Source of the DNA: Horticoccus luteus
GTDB lineage: Bacteria > Verrucomicrobiota > Verrucomicrobiia > Opitutales > Opitutaceae
DNA length: 32,000 nt
Reading direction: 5' to 3'
Assembly (NCBI RefSeq): GCF_019464535.1
Contig: NZ_CP080507.1
Span: 1,650,001 to 1,682,000 of the forward strand
The notes under the pieces were generated by a model. It had not been told where the DNA came from, ran no database searches, and saw only the letters and a program-made list of their open reading frames with translations. Within the stretch, counting starts at the first letter, position 1, and each line of letters opens with the position of its first letter. Shown here one piece after another: positions 15,937 through 24,657 of the stretch. The position numbers and the translations under genes are program-made.

Positions 15937-16545
15937 TTAATCGCCGTTCGCGGCGCGGACGCGTTCGCCGATGACACGCGCCGGGTTGCCGGCGACGATC
16001 ATCCCCGCGGCCACACTGCGGGTGACGACGGACGCTGCTCCCACCACGGCGCGCTCCGCGATCGTAACGCCTGGCAGCACAAACGCGCGCGCGCCGACGA
16101 ACGCATGTTCGCCGACAATGATGCGCGCCGTTTGCAGCGGCAGATTGGCTGCGGCGAAGTCGTGCGTGCCGGTGCAGAGATACGCTTCCTGCGCAATCGT
16201 GGCGCCGGTGCGGATTTCGATCGGGCCCAACGAATAGGCGACGGCGCCATCACCGAGGCAGGCGCGGTGCTCCATGGTGAGTTGCCACGGGATTTGAATG
16301 CGGGCGCGACTGTGCACGAAGGGCGTGCCCGAGAGGCGGGCGCCAAACGTGCGCAGCACGAAGAGCCGCCAAGGGTTCAGTGGTTTCGGCGTCCAACTGC
16401 AGGTGACACGCCACGCGAGCTGCCACAGCGCCATGCGCGCTCGATCGCCCAACCGCCACGGCGACGCGTAGGCGGAAGTTTGTTCGTGAGTGGTGACGGC
16501 GCCGGCGGTTTTCACGCAGCGGTGGGCGAGTCGGCGCGTCGCCAT
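15937..16545 (-). CDS. Hexapeptide-repeat O-acetyltransferase, WcaF-like (202 aa)
   Basis: N-part LWQLAWRVTCSWTPKPLNPWRLFVLRTFGARLSG and left-handed beta-helix repeats (IEIRTGATIAQEAYLCTGTHDF...IIVGEHAFVGARAFVLPGVTIAERAVVGAASVVTRSVAAGMIVAGNPARVIG) resemble colanic-acid WcaF-type acetyltransferases. Confidence 0.8.
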   Translation of the reverse strand: MATRRLAHRCVKTAGAVTTHEQTSAYASPWRLGDRARMALWQLAWRVTCSWTPKPLNPWRLFVLRTFGARLSGTPFVHSRARIQIPWQLTMEHRACLGDGAVAYSLGPIEIRTGATIAQEAYLCTGTHDFAAANLPLQTARIIVGEHAFVGARAFVLPGVTIAERAVVGAASVVTRSVAAGMIVAGNPARVIGERVRAANGD

Positions 16546-17417
16546 TGAAAGAGGCGCATGACTTTATCCTGCACGGGCCGCACGCGACCCCAGTAAACGG
16601 CGCGCATGAATTGCCCGGTGGAAAATGGCGTCGGCTCGGAGAACGTGACCTGCGAGAGGGGCGCGAGGCTGTGTTCGTAGATCGCGCGATTCTTGAAGAA
16701 AATATTGCGGTAGAACACGACCTCGCGACCCATCATGGCAGCGGCGATGGCGGCGTGAGAGCGGTCGGTGTAGATTTTTTCGAAACGCGCAATGTAGTCG
16801 AGAAGCCGCTGAGGCTCTCGCTCGGTGCCTTGGGCGGCGTCGTTCCACGCATCGAGTTCGCGGGGCAAGCGGCCAAAAGCGGCTTCGCGATCCCGCCGGA
16901 AAATGCCGGCGCGGCCGGTTGCCGGGCAGTCCTTCCAATCGGAATAATCCACGTGGAATGCGAGGTCGTGGCCGAGTTGCAGGGAGCCCGGGCGCGCGCC
17001 GGCGGCGTGAAGCGAATCGAAGCTCACCATCTCGCGGCAGAAAACAATGTATTTGGCCGTCCAGTTCTCGACGAAGCGCTGCACGCGGGGCGAGCGCAGA
17101 TCGAAGGTGGCGGGCAAAAGGACGACGTGCGCAAAACGTGGGGCGAGCGCGGCGACGCATTTGGCGATGGTGCCACCATCACCGTGCGAAAGTCCGCTCG
17201 CTCCGTGCACGAGCAGGATGTCGCCCCGGACATCGTTGGGGCGGTCGCCGTCACCGCATTCTTTCCATGCGAGGCCGAGACCTTGCAGGAGGGCGCGGGA
17301 GCCGAGATGACTCAGGCCGTCGCTCCGCGTGCCGCGGTTGAGCAGCATCACGATCTCCCGGCCGCGCCAAGACTGGAGCGCACTCACGAGGGCGCCGTTA
17401 CGGTTGGGAAAGTTCAT
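16512..17417 (-). CDS. Putative polysaccharide pyruvyl transferase family protein (301 aa)
   Basis: EIVMLLNRGTRSDGLSHLGSRALL resembles the N-terminal G-N-x-G-D-x-x-I motif. Other matches: ILLVHGASGL..GDGG, LGHDLAFHV, and TDRSHAAIAAAMMGREVVFYRNIFFKNRAIYE (compare R.H..I.A...G.P...Y..K in WcaK/CsaB-type enzymes). Motif-level match only. Confidence 0.55.
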   Translation of the reverse strand: MNFPNRNGALVSALQSWRGREIVMLLNRGTRSDGLSHLGSRALLQGLGLAWKECGDGDRPNDVRGDILLVHGASGLSHGDGGTIAKCVAALAPRFAHVVLLPATFDLRSPRVQRFVENWTAKYIVFCREMVSFDSLHAAGARPGSLQLGHDLAFHVDYSDWKDCPATGRAGIFRRDREAAFGRLPRELDAWNDAAQGTEREPQRLLDYIARFEKIYTDRSHAAIAAAMMGREVVFYRNIFFKNRAIYEHSLAPLSQVTFSEPTPFSTGQFMRAVYWGRVRPVQDKVMRLFQWRRADSPTAA

Positions 17418-18585
17418 CCAACGTTGGACAATGCTTTGCGATAGGGTTCTCCAAGATTGAAAGAAAATCGTCCACGTAGCGATCGGCGACGGTGGTCAGG
17501 GCGTAGTCGCGCGCTGTTTGCCATGCGCCAAGCGCAAGGCGCTCACGGAGATCGGAGTTTTCGATCACGCGGCGAAGCGAGCGCGCGAGCTCGCCTCCGG
17601 CGTCAGGGGCGCGGTGATTGAAAACGAGGCCATTCTCTTCTGGCCGAACGAAATCGCGAAAACAGGAGAGGTCGGAGACAATGGGGGCGCTGCCTGACCC
17701 CATGGCTTCAAGCACCGCCAGGCCAAACGTTTCGCCACGTTCGGCGAGCGAAGGGTAACAAAAAACCGCCGCCGAGCGGTAGTTTGCAACGAGTTCCGTT
17801 TCGTTGAAGAGGGGGCCGGTGAATTCGACGCGGCCCGGAGCGCGTTGCGCGAGCGTTTCGAGCTGCGCACGATAGGCCGCGCCGCCGCCGCCGTGCGCAG
17901 CCTCCCACGGGCCGATGATGCGCAGGCGCCAATTCGACGCGGCACCCTCGGTTTGCAGGCGCGCAAAGGCCTCGATGAGCAGATGCACACCTTTCTCCGG
18001 ATGTAGTCGACCGGCGTAAAGCACGACGGGTTGCGACGGCGCGCGTTCGTTGAGGTAGAGGGGCGCGAGCGGATAGGGCACGACGTGGACGTTGGCGGCG
18101 GGACCGGCCTCGCGGAGAATCGCTGCGCGAATCGGCTCCGACACGGTCTGCAGCACGGCACGGCGCGGATAAAAGCGCAGTTGGCCCTTCGGAAAGCGTG
18201 CCACGTGCACGTAAACGCGGCCGCGCGACCGTCGGCGCTCCAGTAACGGGAGCCAAAACGTGTTCGTCACGAGCACGTCGGCGGGAGGCAATTCGCGGCG
18301 GGCCCGCAACGAATATTGCAGGTCACGCAGTTTCAGGCGCCACGTGGAAGTCGTCGCAGCCGAGCCGGGGACGCGGATGTAATCGACGCCGGCGTCGCGT
18401 TCACGGCGTGGCAATTGCGGATGCGTGCAGCCGATATGCGTCACTTGATGGCCGGCCGCGGCGAAGGCACGGCCGAGCGCAAACCACGCTTTTTCGACGG
18501 CGCCGCCGAGGAGCGGTGGCACCGGAAGAAAGGCGCCCTGCACAATGGTGATGCGAAGGCGCGAAGGTGCGGGCGACGCGCTCAT
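17398..18585 (-). CDS. Glycosyltransferase family 4 (GT-B) (395 aa)
   Basis: N-terminus RITIVQGAFLPVPPLLGGAVEKAWFALGRAFAAAGHQVTHI. E-x7-E motif in YPSLAERGETFGLAVLEAMGSGSAPIVSD. ATG 18583-18585 overlaps the upstream stop (ATGA). Confidence 0.88.
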   Translation of the reverse strand: MSASPAPSRLRITIVQGAFLPVPPLLGGAVEKAWFALGRAFAAAGHQVTHIGCTHPQLPRRERDAGVDYIRVPGSAATTSTWRLKLRDLQYSLRARRELPPADVLVTNTFWLPLLERRRSRGRVYVHVARFPKGQLRFYPRRAVLQTVSEPIRAAILREAGPAANVHVVPYPLAPLYLNERAPSQPVVLYAGRLHPEKGVHLLIEAFARLQTEGAASNWRLRIIGPWEAAHGGGGAAYRAQLETLAQRAPGRVEFTGPLFNETELVANYRSAAVFCYPSLAERGETFGLAVLEAMGSGSAPIVSDLSCFRDFVRPEENGLVFNHRAPDAGGELARSLRRVIENSDLRERLALGAWQTARDYALTTVADRYVDDFLSILENPIAKHCPTLDELSQP

Positions 18586-19766
18586 GCGGGAATGGCGGCC
18601 GCGGAGTGATGCGCGACGAAAGGAGAGATTGTGGCGACGAGACTCGCGGCGACGCGTTGGACTTCGTAACGCTCACGAAACGCGGCGGCGGCGGCGACGC
18701 GCATGCGTTGACGCGCCGGCTCATCCATCGCGAGCCACGCGGCGAGCAAGTGCTCGGTGCCCGCGACATCGTCGGCGTCGGCCAGACCGGCGCCATCGGC
18801 GGTGATTTCCGCCCAGATATTCACCTGGCGAGAAATGAGAACCGGGGTGCCCACGGCGAGGGCCTCCACCACGGCGAGGCCGAAATTTTCCTGGTGAGAC
18901 GGGAGCACAAACGCCTCGGCCTGGCGAAGCGCGCCCCATTTGACATCGCCGCTGATCATACCGGCCCAATGAAGTTCAATCGGCGTGTGCGCCACGAGAC
19001 GGGCGAGTTGCGCGCGATACGCGGCATCGGGGCAGGGGCCGGCGATCACGAGCGGAGGAATGGCGTGACCGGCCGCGCCGAGCGCGGTCGCAGCGCGGAG
19101 GAAAAGATCGACGCCTTTTTTCGCGTGGACGCGGCCGAGAAAAAGCCAGAACGGCCGGCCGGCGACGGCGGGCAGGTGACGCTCCCACGAGGAGCGTTGC
19201 GCGGCCGGTTCGTCCGGCGGAGCGGCAGTGCCATACGCGACCACGCGTTCTTCGCACGCATAGGGATGAAAACTTTGGCGGGCGAGAAGGCGTTCCTCCT
19301 CACAGGTGAACAGCACGGCGGCGGCATCGCGCAACACGGCGCGTTCGCAGAGCTGCCAATAGAGCCACTTTTTCGCGTGCTTGAGCGGATAGGCGCGGCG
19401 AAACCACGGATCGAGCATGCCGTGAGGGAAAACGAAATACGGCGTGCGGGTGCCGCGAAGGGCGCGGCGCACGGCGCGGCCATGGTATTGCCAGAGGCCG
19501 TGGACGAAGACGGCGTCGTATTCGCCGGCGTGAGCGCGCAACCACGGGCCGAGGTCCGGGGCGTAAGCATAACCGCCGCGCGCAGGGCCGAGCGGGACGA
19601 CGCGTGCGGGGCCGGAAGAAGCGTCGGCCGCAGCGGAGGGAGCGTCGAGCGTGGCGAACGTCGTTTCATGACCGAGCGCCGCCAACGCCGGCGTGATGGC
19701 GCGCAGGCCGGAGGAGGGGCCGCCGTGGCTCGGGTCGAGCGTGGCGATGACACGCAGGAGCTTCAT
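18582..19766 (-). CDS. Glycosyltransferase family 4 (GT-B) (394 aa)
   Basis: MKLLRVIATLDPSHGGPSSGLRAITPALAALGHE. E-x7-E in LPSHQENFGLAVVEALAVGTPVLIS. ATGA overlaps at both ends (19763-19766 and 18582-18585). Confidence 0.88.
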   Translation of the reverse strand: MKLLRVIATLDPSHGGPSSGLRAITPALAALGHETTFATLDAPSAAADASSGPARVVPLGPARGGYAYAPDLGPWLRAHAGEYDAVFVHGLWQYHGRAVRRALRGTRTPYFVFPHGMLDPWFRRAYPLKHAKKWLYWQLCERAVLRDAAAVLFTCEEERLLARQSFHPYACEERVVAYGTAAPPDEPAAQRSSWERHLPAVAGRPFWLFLGRVHAKKGVDLFLRAATALGAAGHAIPPLVIAGPCPDAAYRAQLARLVAHTPIELHWAGMISGDVKWGALRQAEAFVLPSHQENFGLAVVEALAVGTPVLISRQVNIWAEITADGAGLADADDVAGTEHLLAAWLAMDEPARQRMRVAAAAAFRERYEVQRVAASLVATISPFVAHHSAAAIPA

Positions 19767-21016
19767 GGTTTGGCCGCCGCCGCAGCGGTGAGACGGCGAT
19801 AAAGTGCGAGGTAGTGGTCAACCATCACCGTGGGGTCGAAGAGGGGCGCGCGGGCGAGGCCGCGCGTGCGCAGAGTGGCGCGTTGCGGCCAGGTGGCGGC
19901 GATGTGCGCGGCGGCGGCGGCCGGTTCGAGTGGATCGACGTAGCTGGCGGCGTCGCCGCCGACTTCGGTCATGGGCGCCCGGTTGGAGGTGAAGACGGGG
20001 CAACCGCACGCTTGCGCCTCGACGATCGGCCAGCCGAAACCCTCGTGCAGCGACGGGAAAAGCAGGCCCTCGGCTTGCGAGTAAAGCGCGCGGAGCTGCG
20101 GACCGTCGACGCTGCCGAGTTGGAGGACGTGGGCGCTGAGGCCGAGGTCGCGCACGGTGGCGGCGAGCTCGGCGTTGAGCGGTTTGCCCACGAAGACGAG
20201 GCGCGGCGGGTGCGGCAGCAAAGGCCGGAGCGCAGCATAAATGGCGAGAAGGCCCGCGCGGTTTTTATACCATTGGCCACCGCCGATATTCAGCAGGTAA
20301 CCGCCGCCGTCGGGATTGAGAGAGGTAGCAGGTAATTGCCGCGCCTGGAGCAGGCCGCCGAGGGCGGCGCGCGCTTCCTCGGCGGGCACGGGCGCGAAGG
20401 GAAAGTTGAGGCCGTTGAAAATGACGGAGAGCGACGCAGGCGGGAGATGCGCCAGCCGCACCACATCGGCCGCCGTTTGAGAAGAAATGCAGGCGGCGTG
20501 GGGCAGTTGCGCGATGCTGCGCAAAATCCATTCCTGATAACGGCAGCCGCGGGCGGTGAGGCGGTGGGCGGGAAATTCTCCCCGCGCTGCGCGGATTTGG
20601 AGCAAGTCATGGCAGGTCGCCAAATGCGGCAGACCACGAAAGAGCGGACTATAAACGGCGTTGGCGTGGTCGACGATGTGGACGAGGTCCGGGAGTCGAC
20701 CGCGCTCACGGGCGGACGCGAGGCGGCGCCGCACGAGGCGGGGGAAAACGACAAACTTGTCGAAGTAGCCGCAGAGTTTCGCGAAGCCGTTGTAACGATA
20801 GCGGGGCAGGAGGCGCACGAGCGCGGGCGCGGGGCACCACGTCGTGACGGATTGGCCGCGCGCGCGCAGGGCGGTTTCCAGCAGCGTGCCGAAACGCAGC
20901 ATGCTTTCCTGGCGATCAGGCGGAAAATTTCCGATCAGCAGGAGGCGCAGCGGGCGCCCCGAATCGGCGTTGGATCCGAGCGTGGCGTCGGTGCAAAAGT
21001 GAAGCGCCGAAGTCAT
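19763..21016 (-). CDS. Glycosyltransferase family 4 (GT-B) (417 aa)
   Basis: LRLLLIGNFPPDRQESMLRFGTLLETAL. E-x7-E in FPSLHEGFGWPIVEAQACGCPVFTS. The start ATG (21014-21016) shares 1 nt with the upstream TGA (21016-21018). Confidence 0.88.
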   Translation of the reverse strand: MTSALHFCTDATLGSNADSGRPLRLLLIGNFPPDRQESMLRFGTLLETALRARGQSVTTWCPAPALVRLLPRYRYNGFAKLCGYFDKFVVFPRLVRRRLASARERGRLPDLVHIVDHANAVYSPLFRGLPHLATCHDLLQIRAARGEFPAHRLTARGCRYQEWILRSIAQLPHAACISSQTAADVVRLAHLPPASLSVIFNGLNFPFAPVPAEEARAALGGLLQARQLPATSLNPDGGGYLLNIGGGQWYKNRAGLLAIYAALRPLLPHPPRLVFVGKPLNAELAATVRDLGLSAHVLQLGSVDGPQLRALYSQAEGLLFPSLHEGFGWPIVEAQACGCPVFTSNRAPMTEVGGDAASYVDPLEPAAAAAHIAATWPQRATLRTRGLARAPLFDPTVMVDHYLALYRRLTAAAAAKP

Positions 21017-22386
21017 CAGGCGAGCGTGGGCGGCGTGGCGCCGGGGGCGGGTTCGATTTCAGGTTCCTCCTCGGCGGATTCGACTTCGATCTCGTCTTCG
21101 TCCTCCACGGCCAGTTCGTCGTCCTCCGCTTCCTCGTCGTTGAGCGAGGCGAGGACCAAGCCGCCGCCGAGCACGGCGAAGCCCAGGATGGTGGGCGGCG
21201 CCCATTGGTTTTGCGCGATGGGAATGGCGCAGGCGGACAGGAGCAGAACGGGGAGGTTGTCGCGGGCGGTGAACAGCGCGCGCAATGCCAGCCGGGCGAG
21301 GCTGAAGACTATCGCCACGCGCAGAAACAGGAACGCGCCGCCGAGCACGGGGCCGAGTTCGAGGAAGACTTTGCCCCATTCGTCTTCCACGAGGAGAAAG
21401 CCGATCTGGCCGGCGAGCAGGCGGGAGCCGACATTGGAGCCGACGCCGATGCCATCGCCGAAAAACGGCGCGTTGGCGGCCCAGTAAAAGGGTTGGGTGA
21501 AGTTGCCCATGATGCGGCCCATGATACTGCCCCACGCATCGCCGTCGTTGCCGATGGCGGCCGTATCCCAGCGCATCATAAACACGCGAATGCCCTCCTG
21601 AAAGACCGGGAGAAACGAGACGCCAACGCCGACGATCGCGACGAGAAGGAGAGCCCGAATCAGGTTCACGCCGCCGCCGGTGAACGGCAGGCAGCAGAAG
21701 AACGCGATGCCGACGATGCCCGTGGCCAGCATGACGGTGCGACTGATCGAGACGGGGAGGGCGATGACGATCGCGAGTCCGCACGCGAGCAGCAGCGGCA
21801 ACCAGAGACGACGGTGACCGCTGATTTGGTGGAGAAAAAACGCGGCAACGAGCGGATAGAAAAGTTGCGGGCCGGTGATGAAGGAGAAAAAGCCGGGCGG
21901 GCGGATCTTGCCATCGGCGCCGAAGATCTGGCCGCCGGCGTCGTCGCCGACACCGCGATTGATCCATGCGCCCATGGGAGCGTGAAATTGCGCGACCATC
22001 AGGACGGTCATGGGGAGGGCGATGATGAGGAGAAACGAACCCAGGCGCTCGACGTCCTCCCGCGTGAGCACTTTGGCGATCACCCAGATCAACGGGAGAT
22101 GCCCGTAGTTGATTCGCAGCCCGTAGATCATCACCCACATGTTGTCCTGACCGGCGATGAAACTCGCGATGACCGAGCAGACGGCGAGGACGGCGATCGC
22201 GACGAGAAACCCGTTGCGCGGAAAACGGCCGGTGAAAAAGGCGGCGGTGTAGATCGCCAACGCGACGGGATCGCGGACGATCAGCAATGGATTCGCGAGC
22301 GACGGCAGCACCCACTTGCGCAGGGAGCCCTCGAAAATGAGGAGGATGACGTAGAGCCAGACGAGTTTTTTGAGCGTGCTTTCCAT
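21016..22386 (-). CDS. Wzy / O-antigen-ligase-like polytopic membrane protein with an acidic C-terminal tail (456 aa)
   Basis: Start set at ATG 22384-22386 (MESTLKKLVWLYVILLIFEGSLRKW), 4 nt after the upstream stop. About 10 or more hydrophobic helices. Loop RPPGFFSFITGPQLFY, SISRTVML, and FFGDGIGVGSN...LLVEDEWGKVFLELGPVLG resemble the Wzy_C / O-antigen-ligase pattern. The tail NDEEAEDDELAVEDEDEIEVESAEEEPEIEP is unusual. Confidence 0.7.
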   Translation of the reverse strand: MESTLKKLVWLYVILLIFEGSLRKWVLPSLANPLLIVRDPVALAIYTAAFFTGRFPRNGFLVAIAVLAVCSVIASFIAGQDNMWVMIYGLRINYGHLPLIWVIAKVLTREDVERLGSFLLIIALPMTVLMVAQFHAPMGAWINRGVGDDAGGQIFGADGKIRPPGFFSFITGPQLFYPLVAAFFLHQISGHRRLWLPLLLACGLAIVIALPVSISRTVMLATGIVGIAFFCCLPFTGGGVNLIRALLLVAIVGVGVSFLPVFQEGIRVFMMRWDTAAIGNDGDAWGSIMGRIMGNFTQPFYWAANAPFFGDGIGVGSNVGSRLLAGQIGFLLVEDEWGKVFLELGPVLGGAFLFLRVAIVFSLARLALRALFTARDNLPVLLLSACAIPIAQNQWAPPTILGFAVLGGGLVLASLNDEEAEDDELAVEDEDEIEVESAEEEPEIEPAPGATPPTLA

Positions 22387-22390
22387 CGAG

Positions 22391-23638
22391 TCAGCGGGCG
22401 GCGAGCGTGGTTTGGACGCAGGCTGCGAGAGTGCTTTCGTAATGGTCCCACGTAAACTGTTGCGCACGAAGTTGAGCAGCGCGCGCCATTTCCATCCGGG
22501 TCGCGGGGTTGCGACGAAGGAAATCGAGGCGTTCCACGATGGCGGAAGTCGAACGGATCGGGACGATGTAGCCTTCGACGCCGTCGGAAATCAGATCCGG
22601 GCCGGCGGTGTGCGCCGTCGTGATCAAAGGCAGGCCCATGGCCATGGCCTCGAGCAGCACCAAGCCGAAGCCTTCAAACAGCGACGGGAAGACGAACACA
22701 TCGTGCGCCGCCATTTCGGTGAGGACTTGCGCGTGCGGGGCGCTTGGGATCCAGCGGATGCGGGCAAGCGCGGCGTCGAGGGGCGCGCATGGCGTCATGG
22801 GTTTGGCGCCGATGACCGTGAGGTCAATCGCTCCGGCGAGTTGATCGGCGGCGCGGAAAAGATAGCTCAGCCCTTTGCGTTGTCCGAGCGAGCCGACGTA
22901 GAGCACACGCAGGCGGGACGAGCGTGCAGACGCGTTGCGTTCGCGCGGCGGAGGCGGAGCGACGGGCGCGGGAGCACCGTAAGGGATCAAGACCACGCGG
23001 CCGCGGAAATCGGGCGCGGCGTCGAGAGTTTTCAAGGTGAACGAGCTCGCGACCAAGACGACGTCGGCGAGCGCGAGTTCCTCATCTTTGCGTGCGGTCT
23101 TCGCCGGGCTGTCCTGATTGCCGTGGAGCGTCGAGGCCCACTCGGGTTCGCGCTCTGCCTCCTCGGTGAGGATCGTGCGGGCGGCTCGCCAGTAGCCGAT
23201 GGGCAGATCGTAAAAGGTGGTGAGGCCGGTGCGCCGGGCCGCACGGAAGGTGGCGTCAGCGCCGTCTTCGTAGGCGTAAACGCCGGTGAATTTGCGTTGG
23301 GCGACGCGGGCGGCGACGCGGCGGTCGAGGGCGTGATACACGGCATCCACGCTGAAGGGGCCGGTCTCGCGTCGGACCAGAGACCGCAATCCTGCGCGCG
23401 GGGCGAGGAGGCGGACGAGCTCGCGCATCGGATACGCGCGCGTGAGCGGAGCGAGTTCGGAGGGAAAGGAGCGGCGGCGCAGCTGCAGGCGCAGGGACTC
23501 GGGGAGCAGTCGGCGCAGGGCAGGCGTTTCGCGATAGTTGAGGCTCGTGCAAAACTCGCCGAGCAGCCCGGCGCGGGCGAGCCCGAGCGCGGCGTGGCGG
23601 ACGTTGGCGTTGCCCGTGGGATGCGACAGCAGGATCAT
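22391..23638 (-). CDS. Glycosyltransferase family 4 (GT-B) (415 aa)
   Basis: Start set at ATG 23636-23638 (MILLSHPTGNANVRHAALGLARAGLL), overlapping the upstream TGA (ATGA at 23635-23638). E-x7-E in FPSLFEGFGLVLLEAMAMGLPLITT. The 83-codon extension in the track ORF is Arg/Pro-rich and lies inside the upstream gene. Confidence 0.88.
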   Translation of the reverse strand: MILLSHPTGNANVRHAALGLARAGLLGEFCTSLNYRETPALRRLLPESLRLQLRRRSFPSELAPLTRAYPMRELVRLLAPRAGLRSLVRRETGPFSVDAVYHALDRRVAARVAQRKFTGVYAYEDGADATFRAARRTGLTTFYDLPIGYWRAARTILTEEAEREPEWASTLHGNQDSPAKTARKDEELALADVVLVASSFTLKTLDAAPDFRGRVVLIPYGAPAPVAPPPPRERNASARSSRLRVLYVGSLGQRKGLSYLFRAADQLAGAIDLTVIGAKPMTPCAPLDAALARIRWIPSAPHAQVLTEMAAHDVFVFPSLFEGFGLVLLEAMAMGLPLITTAHTAGPDLISDGVEGYIVPIRSTSAIVERLDFLRRNPATRMEMARAAQLRAQQFTWDHYESTLAACVQTTLAAR

Positions 23639-24657
23639 GGAAGCAGCGCCGGCGCGGGCGCGAGGGTGCGGGCGAAAACGTGCAGGTAGTCGCGAACGAT
23701 TCGTTCGGGCCGGTGGCGGTCGAGATGGCGACGGATGGTGGCGGGGGCGATCGGCGGTGAGTCGGCGAGCGCCGCAGACAAGGCGGCGGCGAGCGCGCCG
23801 ATATCGCCATTGGGGAACGTGACGCCGCACGCGCCGACGGCTTCCGGCAGGCCGCCCGTAGCAGCCGCCACGACCCGGCAGCCGCACGCCAAGGCTTCCA
23901 GCACGACAACGCCAAACGGTTCCTGCCAGCGCGATGGAATGACGGCGACGCGGTGCGCGCGAAACGCGTCGGCGACGGCGGCCGCGGGCAAGGCGCCGGC
24001 GAACGTGACGCGGGCCAAACCGAGTTCAGCGGCGAGGGCGCGCAATGACGTTTCCTCGGGGCCGGCGCCGACGATCGTCAGCGATGGCGTGGACCCGCGG
24101 CGGTGCAGGCGGTGCAGGGCGCGCAGGAGAAGATCGACGCCCTTGTCGGGCACGAGGCGACCGACGAAAATCAAGTCGAGAGAACGCGGACCGGGCGCGG
24201 CGGCGCGAAAGTGGCGCGCATCGCAGGCGTTGGGGATGACGACGGCAGAGACGGGCAGTTGGCGCGCCAGCGCCTGGCTTACGCAGATGGAGCGCGCGGC
24301 GGGCAGCAGGGCGAGTTTCAGCAGCATCGAGCGGCGCACGGGTTGATCAGGGAAGAGAATCCAAGTGTGGTGAATCACGATCCATGGCCGGCGCACGAAG
24401 AGGAGCGGCCAGACGGCGCGGAGGGTGATGTTGCTGTGCACCACGAGATCGCACCAGCGAAAGAGGCGCCAGAGCGCGGTGGCGCCGGGTCGGCGATGGA
24501 TGGGCACCGCGCCGGGCGCCGCGGGTGGACCGGGGGTGTAGGTGACGAGCTGCACGTTGTGGCCCGCGGCGGCGAATCCGTCCGCGAGCAGCGCGGACAT
24601 GGATTCGATCCCGCCGATGTTGGGCGCGAACGTGTAGGAAACAAAAAGGATTTTCAC
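23635..24657 (-). CDS. Glycosyltransferase family 4 (GT-B) (340 aa, GTG start)
   Basis: Start set at GTG 24655-24657 (V/M-KILFVSYTFAPNIGGIESMSALLADGFAAAGHNV), overlapping the upstream TGA (GTGA at 24654-24657). E-x7-E in IPSRWQEPFGVVVLEALACGCRVVAA. Confidence 0.85.
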   Translation of the reverse strand: MKILFVSYTFAPNIGGIESMSALLADGFAAAGHNVQLVTYTPGPPAAPGAVPIHRRPGATALWRLFRWCDLVVHSNITLRAVWPLLFVRRPWIVIHHTWILFPDQPVRRSMLLKLALLPAARSICVSQALARQLPVSAVVIPNACDARHFRAAAPGPRSLDLIFVGRLVPDKGVDLLLRALHRLHRRGSTPSLTIVGAGPEETSLRALAAELGLARVTFAGALPAAAVADAFRAHRVAVIPSRWQEPFGVVVLEALACGCRVVAAATGGLPEAVGACGVTFPNGDIGALAAALSAALADSPPIAPATIRRHLDRHRPERIVRDYLHVFARTLAPAPALLP

